In this document: one piece after another, positions 56,330 through 64,000 of the stretch
Layout: each line of letters begins with the position of its first letter
Position numbering within the stretch: the first letter of the stretch is position 1
Virus record (IMG/VR): IMGVR_UViG_3300027969_000081
Reading direction: 5' to 3' (one strand)
Source of the DNA: an uncultured virus (IMG/VR IMGVR_UViG_3300027969_000081)
Lineage: Duplodnaviria; Heunggongvirae; Uroviricota; Caudoviricetes
DNA: 64,000 bases
Position numbers and translations under genes: made by a program
Notes under the pieces: model-generated
Told to the model about the DNA's origin: nothing
The model's database searches: none
The model's input: only the letters and a program-made list of their open reading frames with translations

Positions 56330-57142
56330 ATGGCAAATTTAAATACATCCATTCCAACAGCTTCTCTGAATTATTCCGGCGCTGGCACTGGCCCAAGTGC
56401 TACAAGACATGCACCAAGCTACACCGACCAACGCATTGTTTGGTTTAAAGGGGTTGACAACCTATTAGATTTAACTATTTCCGGAGGCGATCGACGCCCG
56501 GTGAGCTTATTGCGTAGGGAAGTAACAATTACATTTTGGGATAGATCGTCAGGTACAACAATTTTCCGTCGTCGTGCAATGCCAACCGTTGCCGAAAATG
56601 GGCAAGCCAGATTAACAGTATATGCCAGAGATTTAATGATGCTAAGTTCGGGAATATACACTCTTAGTGCAACATTTGTTGATGGAAACGGATTAGAAAC
56701 TGCTTTAACATGGAATCGCGCACAACAGGCTGGATTTGATGTAGAAGTAAAAGATGAAGTTATTCCAACTTCTAGAAGTACTCAGATCATAACAAACTTC
56801 ACTGAAGTTAGCACAGAAAATACCAATAGCCTTTTAGTATCAAGTGCAGTCAATGGACCTTTATTTTATCGTAAAGACACGGCGCTATTTACAGTTGGTG
56901 TGTATGCTAGCAATTGGACAGGGACACTGATTGTACAAGGTACTTTTGATGAAGTAGTAACCGGGTTAACATTATGGGCAGACTTGAAGCCACAAGATAC
57001 CAGCTCTGTATCGTTGACGCTTAATGGGTTTACTGGCATTGACCCATATAATTATTATGCCAGTATTCGATGGCTACGAGTTATTAAAATTAACTCACGA
57101 AGTAACGCAGGAACACTTGACAAGATCTTAATAAGAGTGTAA
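56330..57142 (+). CDS. Putative structural protein (beta-sandwich, baseplate-upper-like)
   Basis: Late motif 5 nt upstream; beta-rich; ends GTLDKILIR. Confidence 0.55.
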   Translation: MANLNTSIPTASLNYSGAGTGPSATRHAPSYTDQRIVWFKGVDNLLDLTISGGDRRPVSLLRREVTITFWDRSSGTTIFRRRAMPTVAENGQARLTVYARDLMMLSSGIYTLSATFVDGNGLETALTWNRAQQAGFDVEVKDEVIPTSRSTQIITNFTEVSTENTNSLLVSSAVNGPLFYRKDTALFTVGVYASNWTGTLIVQGTFDEVVTGLTLWADLKPQDTSSVSLTLNGFTGIDPYNYYASIRWLRVIKINSRSNAGTLDKILIRV

Positions 57143-57156
57143 TATATACACTCAAC

Positions 57157-58125
57157 ATGAGTCTTATTGAATCCACTATTCGGGCACATCTGCCCATCGT
57201 AAAGTCAACAACTAACGGTTGGATGACTGTGAATTGCCCTATGTGTGTACAGAACGGGCAAGCCCGTCCTGATACCCGACACCGTGGCGGCTTTAGATTT
57301 GATAGTGGCAAGGTGGCATATCAATGTTTTAATTGCCACATGATAACCGGATGGCACCCTGGCAGTAGATTGGGATTTAAACTAACCAAATTAATGCGGG
57401 CATTTGGCATTGACGATGGTGAGATACAACGATTAAAAATTCAACTGTGGGACCAAGTAGTTGAGGATGACACATTTGTTGAAGAGCCATTTAAAAAACC
57501 AAACTGGGGAGAAATTGAGTTTCCGTGGGAGATACAAGACATAACACTAGCGGCAGCAGAGTATTTGGACAGTCGCGGAGTATTAGAATTAACTGATTGG
57601 TTTACTAGTACAAGTAGCATACAAGGAATGAACAATCGTGTTATACTTCCATATGTAAGCGATGGAAAGATTGTTGGTTATTCTGCCAGGTGGATTGGTG
57701 ATGTGCCTGACAAGAAAACTGCAAAAATGATTGCAAGTAGACCATCAAACTTTGTTTTTAATCTTGATCATCAAAATACATCTCGCAAGTATACATTAGT
57801 AGTCGAAGGCGAATACGATGCACTAACATTAGATGCAGTGGCCATAATGACTAATAATATTAGTCCAGAACAGGCCAAAATCATTGAAGATATTGATAAT
57901 GACCCAGTTATACTACCTGACCGAGATCGCGCAGGGCTACAATTAGCATTACAAGCGGCCGAATTGGGATGGTCGGTAAGTTTTCCAGACTGGCCAGATG
58001 GAATTAAAGATGCCAATCAGGCTGCTCAAGAATTTGGCAGAGTGGCCACATTACAAAGTGTGTTAACGGCAATAGAGCACTCACCATTGAAGATTAAATT
58101 ATTAGCAAGGCGGTGGTGTGTATAA
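57157..58125 (+). CDS. gp61: DNA primase, T4 gp61-like
   Basis: CPMC...CFNC zinc finger, GYSAR, TOPRIM VVEGEYDA and PDRDRAG, KDAN. Confidence 0.9.
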   Translation: MSLIESTIRAHLPIVKSTTNGWMTVNCPMCVQNGQARPDTRHRGGFRFDSGKVAYQCFNCHMITGWHPGSRLGFKLTKLMRAFGIDDGEIQRLKIQLWDQVVEDDTFVEEPFKKPNWGEIEFPWEIQDITLAAAEYLDSRGVLELTDWFTSTSSIQGMNNRVILPYVSDGKIVGYSARWIGDVPDKKTAKMIASRPSNFVFNLDHQNTSRKYTLVVEGEYDALTLDAVAIMTNNISPEQAKIIEDIDNDPVILPDRDRAGLQLALQAAELGWSVSFPDWPDGIKDANQAAQEFGRVATLQSVLTAIEHSPLKIKLLARRWCV

Positions 58126-58315
58126 AATTAAACTTGATTGGAAACTTGGCCAAGATACTGACGAATGGTGGAACCATGTATGTGCATGGGCAATTGAAGA
58201 ATTTGGATTACCAGGTGACACGTACAAAACAGAACTAACAGAAGATTATATGATTTTTAATTTCAACAAAAAAGAAAATGCCGCACTAATGGCCTTACGA
58301 TGGGGGAATAACTAA
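58118..58315 (+). CDS. Small hypothetical protein
   Basis: W..E.FG...F.F...E.A..MAL.W; coupled on both sides. Confidence 0.6.
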   Translation: MYKIKLDWKLGQDTDEWWNHVCAWAIEEFGLPGDTYKTELTEDYMIFNFNKKENAALMALRWGNN

Positions 58316-59784
58316 TGGCAAATGATATAAAAGAATATGGCTATGAATTACAAAAACTATTTTTGGACTTCTTGGTCAGTAATAGAGACCTGGCTGCCAG
58401 ATGCCAAAACGTATTAGATCCAGAACATTTTGATCGTAGGTTGCGTGCCGCGGCTGAATTTATTAAGACGTATGTAAGTGAACATGGCAACATTCCAGAT
58501 ATTACACAAGTCAAAGCAACAACAAACACAGATCTTTCAAACCTAGAAACTCAGGCAATTGAACACAGCTCATGGTTCTTAACTGAGTTTGAAGGCTTTG
58601 CAAGACACAAGGCGTTAGAAAAAGCAATCTTACAAAGTGCAGATCTGCTAGATAAGAGTCAGTACGGATCAGTTGAAAAGCTTATTAAAGAAGCAGTACA
58701 AGTTGGGTTGCCAAAGACATTTGGTACAGATTACTTTGCAGATCCAAAGGCAAGATTAGAAGCACTCAAAGACAACAACGGACAATTGACTACAGGTTGG
58801 AAGACACTTGATGACAAACTATACGGTGGGTTTAATAGAGGTGAGTTGAATATCTTTGCAGGTGCATCTGGTGCAGGTAAGAGTTTGTTCTTACAGAACT
58901 TGGGCTTGAATTGGGCAATGGCAGGACTGAATACTGTTTACTTTTCGTTAGAACTTTCAGAGGGGTTGTGCAGTATGCGTATGGATGCTATGCTAACAGA
59001 CACACCAACTCGTGAAGTATTTAAAAGATTAGATGATGTTGATCTTAAGGTTCGCATGAACGGAAAGAAGGCTGGCATATTACAAATTGTGCAGTTAACA
59101 AACGGTATTACTGCCAATGATATTTTAGCATGGGTACGAGAATTTCAAACTCAACGCAAGATTAAGGTAGATGCCATCTTGGTTGATTACTTGGACCTAA
59201 TGATGCCAGCAAGTCAAAAAATTAGCGTGAGTGACATGTTTGTCAAAGACAAGCTGGTAGCAGAAGAATTACGTAATCTTGTGGTCACAGAACAATTACT
59301 ATTAGCAACAGCATCTCAGTTAAATCGTAGTGCAGTTGAAAGTGTTGAATTTGATCATTCAATGATTGCTGGTGGTTTAAGTAAAATCCAAACAGCTGAC
59401 AACGTTTTTGGTATCTACAGTACTCCTGCAATGCGAGAGCGGGGAATGGTTCAGCTTCAGTTTATGAAAACACGTAGTTCAAGTGCAGTTGGGCAAAAGA
59501 TTGATTTGAGTTTTAATCCTGATACTTTGCGTATCAGCGATTCTACAGAAGACACTGCCCCAAGCACCTACAGCGCCGCATCTACATACAATAAAATCCA
59601 AAGAAAAACCAATGTTGGAACCACTGTCAATACTGCATCCACATCATGGGAAAAACCAACTGGTACTCATGCATGGGATAAACCCATGGTAACATCAGAA
59701 ACAACAGCCAAATCTATGCCTGTTTCAACAGGTGTGTCAGACGCAAGGAAGCAATTAACAGCAATTGTAACTCGTGAAATCTAA
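58315..59784 (+). CDS. gp41: Replicative helicase, T4 gp41/DnaB-like
   Basis: GASGAGKS, SLEL, VDYLDL, ASQLNR, KTR. Confidence 0.93.
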   Translation: MANDIKEYGYELQKLFLDFLVSNRDLAARCQNVLDPEHFDRRLRAAAEFIKTYVSEHGNIPDITQVKATTNTDLSNLETQAIEHSSWFLTEFEGFARHKALEKAILQSADLLDKSQYGSVEKLIKEAVQVGLPKTFGTDYFADPKARLEALKDNNGQLTTGWKTLDDKLYGGFNRGELNIFAGASGAGKSLFLQNLGLNWAMAGLNTVYFSLELSEGLCSMRMDAMLTDTPTREVFKRLDDVDLKVRMNGKKAGILQIVQLTNGITANDILAWVREFQTQRKIKVDAILVDYLDLMMPASQKISVSDMFVKDKLVAEELRNLVVTEQLLLATASQLNRSAVESVEFDHSMIAGGLSKIQTADNVFGIYSTPAMRERGMVQLQFMKTRSSSAVGQKIDLSFNPDTLRISDSTEDTAPSTYSAASTYNKIQRKTNVGTTVNTASTSWEKPTGTHAWDKPMVTSETTAKSMPVSTGVSDARKQLTAIVTREI

Positions 59785-59808
59785 ATTTAATTGGATAAAT
59801 AACTTACT

Positions 59809-60060
59809 ATGCGTAAACAGACACGAAGTATTTTAGACGAAATTACCGGCTTGGTACCGAAGCAAGATAAACACCTATTGGTTGAAGGGCTAGCAACTCA
59901 GGCTATTGCACGAGTTATTAACTTAATGGAAGTTATACAACAAAACTATCCTCCTCATCAAGCAGAAGAGCTAGTTCGTCGATTGCAATTGGCCATTAAA
60001 AATGGTGATACTGCTAAGTTTACTCGCGGAGTAAGAGCTATAAAGGAAAGCGAGCAGTGA
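59809..60060 (+). CDS. Hypothetical protein (late)
   Basis: TAAATA 59796-59801 upstream. Confidence 0.65.
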   Translation: MRKQTRSILDEITGLVPKQDKHLLVEGLATQAIARVINLMEVIQQNYPPHQAEELVRRLQLAIKNGDTAKFTRGVRAIKESEQ

Positions 60061-61262
60061 AAATTAAAGAACTACAAAAAGTAAGCCTAGAAGAAGGGTT
60101 CATTGACAATTTAATTGCCAAAGTCAAAAACATGGCTGGCGAAGATGGTCCAACTGGTGTAGTTAGGGCATTAATGGGTAACAACGCCGCTTTGAATAAA
60201 TTTGCAGATACCATTGCAAATACAGCTACTCCTAAAATTACTCAGAGACTTGGTAATCAACTTAATGCTATAAAAAATGCCTCAACTCCAGTTCCATTGA
60301 GTATGATTTACAAGCAAGTAATGCAGGTAGGTATACAGCTTGCGGCCAAAGACAACAATGAAGTAACTGCAACTGAAATACAAGGCACTATTAGAGCAAA
60401 TAAAGATGCTGTATTAAAAATGTTGCTTAATGGCTCGGTTGCAGACGATAATAGAGTTCGAGATATATTCCAAGCTATCCTGACTAACTCTGCTACAATT
60501 GATGGCGACTTTGATGTTACTATTAAAACAGTCAGTTTAATTGTTGCTGGTACTATTATTTTTATTCAAACAGAAAAAGAAGATTCAGATTCTGAAACAT
60601 CATTGGATGCTGGGTTAAAAACTAAATTTGAGCAAGAAGGCGAGCAGTTTAATAAAGAAGTACTAGATCCAACTACTGGTATCTTTAAAACATTGAACCC
60701 AAATGAAAAATTTAAAGACAATATGGAAACTGTGATAGTTCAGCTGGTCAAGACAATTCAAGACAAATACTTGCCAATGCCAACTGATAAGTTAACATCA
60801 TTGACAACAGCCGTCCCGCCATTGTTTAGTCCAGTGCAATTAAAGACACTGATTGCATCACATGACAATGCCTTGGATGCAACTGCAATTGCAACAGCAC
60901 AAGATAAAATTACAGCATTGCTACAGGCTCAGTTTACTACATGGCTAGCACTGGCAGCTAAAGAATCAACAAATGGGCGTAAAGCAGACCATTCTTTTGA
61001 TCTTTATAGAGAATGGGCAAAGAGTGCATTAGGCCTTATTGATAATATGAATATCAGCGGTACACAGTCATCGGCACCAGGAACAAAGCCAAGTGATCCA
61101 GCAGTTGAAGATGCCTTTGAAAAAGCACACGACGCAGGAGAAGCCGCTCGCCGACGAGTAGTTCCAAACACAGGTGAGAGCAACGAGGACTTTATCAACA
61201 GAGCCAATGCTGAATATGAACAGGCAAGAGTTGATTATCTAAAGGCGCACACACCACCATGA
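60057..61262 (+). CDS. Hypothetical, probable internal virion protein
   Basis: MKIKEL...LEE N-terminus; late operon. Confidence 0.55.
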   Translation: MKIKELQKVSLEEGFIDNLIAKVKNMAGEDGPTGVVRALMGNNAALNKFADTIANTATPKITQRLGNQLNAIKNASTPVPLSMIYKQVMQVGIQLAAKDNNEVTATEIQGTIRANKDAVLKMLLNGSVADDNRVRDIFQAILTNSATIDGDFDVTIKTVSLIVAGTIIFIQTEKEDSDSETSLDAGLKTKFEQEGEQFNKEVLDPTTGIFKTLNPNEKFKDNMETVIVQLVKTIQDKYLPMPTDKLTSLTTAVPPLFSPVQLKTLIASHDNALDATAIATAQDKITALLQAQFTTWLALAAKESTNGRKADHSFDLYREWAKSALGLIDNMNISGTQSSAPGTKPSDPAVEDAFEKAHDAGEAARRRVVPNTGESNEDFINRANAEYEQARVDYLKAHTPP

Positions 61263-62443
61263 AGATTTTTGAAATAGCAACACCTAAGAAAACAATGGTA
61301 GTTGAGGCCAAGTCTCGCATTGACCATCCTGAAGATATTATGTTTGATGAAAATGGTCTGGCTGGGGCACAACGTGCGCTTTCTGCAATTGTACATTCTG
61401 CAACTGATCATGCAGGTACAACTACAATAAAATGGGACGGAAGTCCGGCAGTGATATTTGGTTGGGTTGATAAACAGAATTTCATTGTTACAGATAAAGC
61501 AGGTATAGGGGCCAAAAAGTATAATGGGCGCCCAACCAATGCTGAGGAAGTTACAGCAATGATCTTTAATAGAAAACCTGACCAACCAGGGCGTGATGTA
61601 TATGCACAGCGATTTGGGCAAGTTTATGATTTATTAAAGCGAGCAACACCAAATAGTTTAGTTGGCCAGATGATCCAAGGTGATATGTTATGGATGGATA
61701 ATTCAGATATTTCAACCACTAATGATGTTGTTAATTTTAAAGCGAACAAAATTCCATACAGCGTTGACAGCGGCATTGACCTTGGCAAGAAGATTGCCAG
61801 AAGTAAAGCAGGAATTGTTGTACATAGTGTGTTTCCCACGGTTGACGAAGCAGCCAGTGCAGAAGGAGAACCAGTACCTACAACACCAGTTCAATTAGGT
61901 CTTAAAGATGTACCTGGCCTTGTAGTTGTAGGACCAGAAACAAAAATTGCCAGCGATGTGAAAATTAAATTACCCAAGGCTGAGATAGAAAAAGTCAAGG
62001 CTTTAATTTCAAGCCCTGCGGCACAACGTATCAATGACATGCTAGATCCGTTTACAATTGGAAATTTAAAAATCTCCAATTTTCCAGATATTTTTAAAAG
62101 TTTCATTAATTACAAGGCCGGACAAGGTCAAGAAATTACAAACGGTAATGCCATTGCAAATGAATTCATTAATTGGGTAAAAGGCCCAAGCGGCTTAACA
62201 GCAAACAAACAAGAAAATGTGTTAAAACATATTAATGAGTTCAACGATGCATTCCACACAGCCTGGGACATTGTTGCAGGGATTACAATAGTTAAACATA
62301 AAATTAAAGACCAATTGGATAAGCTATCAGGCCAAAGTCAAGATTCAATTCGAACAGCACAAGGCCACGAGGGGTTTGTATCTGCTACACCACACGGTAA
62401 AATTAAATATGTTAACCGTCCAGTGTTCATGAAAAAAGGTTAA
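61259..62443 (+). CDS. Phage protein with nucleotidyltransferase/ligase-like motifs (DUF6267-like)
   Basis: IDHPED, TIKWDGSPA.IFG, QGD, HEGFV, K.VNR..F. Confidence 0.6.
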   Translation: MKIFEIATPKKTMVVEAKSRIDHPEDIMFDENGLAGAQRALSAIVHSATDHAGTTTIKWDGSPAVIFGWVDKQNFIVTDKAGIGAKKYNGRPTNAEEVTAMIFNRKPDQPGRDVYAQRFGQVYDLLKRATPNSLVGQMIQGDMLWMDNSDISTTNDVVNFKANKIPYSVDSGIDLGKKIARSKAGIVVHSVFPTVDEAASAEGEPVPTTPVQLGLKDVPGLVVVGPETKIASDVKIKLPKAEIEKVKALISSPAAQRINDMLDPFTIGNLKISNFPDIFKSFINYKAGQGQEITNGNAIANEFINWVKGPSGLTANKQENVLKHINEFNDAFHTAWDIVAGITIVKHKIKDQLDKLSGQSQDSIRTAQGHEGFVSATPHGKIKYVNRPVFMKKG

Positions 62444-62445
62444 AC

Positions 62446-63195
62446 ATGGAAGATTTTAGTTTTATCAAAGAAAACTGCAATGAAAGCAAGATGTTCCGCA
62501 ATAATAGTTTAAGTCAACTTACATTGCGCGATGCGGCTGACAGTGTTTTTTTAAATTTATTAACATTATACTTGTTAAGTAAAGAATTTGAAACACGACC
62601 ATTTGCACAAGATTATGCAACTAGAACGATTGGGTTTGGAAATTTTACAAGGCCTCGGGTAAGCGGAACTGACCTTTATCAAGGTTTGCACATTATCACA
62701 AACCCCGGAAGCAACACCGCACAGATGCTAAAAGCAACAGAACAAAATTCAGTTTTGTCATCCCAGCTTCATACAAATGTTAAAATGGTAAAAGATTTTC
62801 TTCATGGTATATCATATGGCAACATTGATAGAACTACTGCAATTAGATTAATGTATAGGATAGAAGGACAAATGGGAGTTGATGTTAGTAATTACAAAAG
62901 CCTGCGCCGATTAATTACAGATTGGGAAAACTTGTCATCGCACCAACGTCAGTTATGTGTAACTAGATTATTGCAATATTATAGAGTTCGTGGAAAACGA
63001 AGCGACTTATTACCAATGATTGAGAATCTTGCTAGAAACAAAAACTGGGAATTAGAAACATCACATAATGCTGAAGTGTCAGCATTTGGGGCTGGTGTAG
63101 TTTCTGGATCAAGAAGCAGTAACGGATTCTTGTCAAGTGTTGCCAAAGTGGGTGCCGCTGCCGCAATTGGATATGCAGTCGGTAGGCATATTTAA
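62446..63195 (+). CDS. Hypothetical protein (late operon)
   Basis: 249-aa ORF; Gly/Ala-rich hydrophobic C-terminus. Confidence 0.65.
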   Translation: MEDFSFIKENCNESKMFRNNSLSQLTLRDAADSVFLNLLTLYLLSKEFETRPFAQDYATRTIGFGNFTRPRVSGTDLYQGLHIITNPGSNTAQMLKATEQNSVLSSQLHTNVKMVKDFLHGISYGNIDRTTAIRLMYRIEGQMGVDVSNYKSLRRLITDWENLSSHQRQLCVTRLLQYYRVRGKRSDLLPMIENLARNKNWELETSHNAEVSAFGAGVVSGSRSSNGFLSSVAKVGAAAAIGYAVGRHI

Positions 63196-63198
63196 TTT

Positions 63199-63618
63199 AT
63201 GTCAGAAAAAAAATCCTGGTCAGTTCCTGGGGCACATTTTGGATCCGATCCTGAATTCTTTACTGCTTGGACATTGTACGACATTGGACCACTAAGCGAA
63301 GGCAGTAGAGAAAATCTTAATAATTTAATGCGAGTAATTAATAGCAGGGGACAACCATTGCTGGCTGGAATTGAGTGCATTGAGAATCAAGATATTGACA
63401 ACAGTTTGTTTGGCGAAAATTTAAATGGTCTAAATCGAGTTTGGTGCTTCAAGTGGATTGCCAGTGCCATTGGTCAAATGTCTGAAGAAACCCTTACATC
63501 CGAAGCCCATGGATTACAAATGGTTACTGGACTAAATGAAACGTTACCATTAAATGGTACCATTTTAACAAATGGACCAGACAAAAATACGTTTTTTATC
63601 CGCCACGATTCTTTTTAA
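63199..63618 (+). CDS. Hypothetical protein
   Basis: 139-aa ORF in operon. Confidence 0.6.
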   Translation: MSEKKSWSVPGAHFGSDPEFFTAWTLYDIGPLSEGSRENLNNLMRVINSRGQPLLAGIECIENQDIDNSLFGENLNGLNRVWCFKWIASAIGQMSEETLTSEAHGLQMVTGLNETLPLNGTILTNGPDKNTFFIRHDSF

Positions 63619-63736
63619 TTTAGCTAAATATAATTGAAACACAAACGTCACTTATAACTCACCTAGGCTCATTTTGTTAGATTTAACCACAGTAAGCTAG
63701 AGCTTGGCTGTGATTTACCAATGATAGTAACCTGAA

Positions 63737-64000
63737 ATGAGCGACGTACCAATTACCGAAAACACAAGCCTTGAGATGCATGTTGAACTATGTGCAGAGA
63801 GGTATAAACGATTAGAAGAAAAATTCGACCTAGTAGAGAGTAGAATTGACCACTTACATGTTGATTTCTCATCGTTTAAAGCAGAAAATCAAAAAAATCT
63901 GTCTGAAATTAAAACTATGTTAACCAATGCCAAAGATGAAAAATTTAAAATCATGGTTACATCAACAGCAACCGTTATTGTTGGACTGCTAGCTATGTTA
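63737..64000 (+). CDS. Coiled-coil plus C-terminal TM protein (XhlA/holin-like), 3' truncated
   Basis: SLEMHVELCAERYKRLEEK... then hydrophobic TATVIVGLLAML; TAAATA 63625-63630 upstream. Confidence 0.6.
   Translation, partial: MSDVPITENTSLEMHVELCAERYKRLEEKFDLVESRIDHLHVDFSSFKAENQKNLSEIKTMLTNAKDEKFKIMVTSTATVIVGLLAML

Noticed and set aside
41555..59784. Inteins or introns in terL, uvsX, uvsW, primase or helicase
   Set aside because: Lengths and motif spacing are normal; no C...HN junctions or interrupted frames seen
1..64000. Stop-codon reassignment
   Set aside because: Core genes are full length under the standard code, and TAG and TGA both end genes at sensible positions

Overview
This is an AT-rich, densely coding 64-kb segment of a large lytic myophage distantly related to T4, using the standard genetic code. 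It holds recombination and replication genes (gp47/gp46 nuclease, gp32 SSB, UvsX, UvsY, UvsW, primase, helicase, dNMP kinase and a miniature DnaE-like polymerase). It also holds a rearranged head and tail module (gp26-like hub/chaperone, tape measure, portal, protease, scaffold, capsid, neck, sheath, tube, terminase), two large repetitive fibre proteins, and accessory genes (RNA ligase, radical SAM, glycosyltransferase, Nudix, restriction-like nuclease). Transcription signals are TAAATA/TAAGTA late-type motifs and sigma70-type promoters, many placed for leaderless mRNAs. The main candidate for an undescribed system is at 3752-5035: a histone H1-like gene and a minimal GIY-YIG nuclease, followed by a ~450-nt densely base-paired, pseudoknot-capable non-coding tract and an AT-rich/palindrome block. 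Other notable points are a -1 slippery site that can fuse the gp26-like ORF to its neighbour, an RBS-sequestering hairpin with a late promoter in its loop, a 195-aa DnaE-like core, a mirror-ordered repeat fibre, and shared capsid-targeting-like motifs. All calls rest on motif recognition by eye; no searches or folding programs were run.
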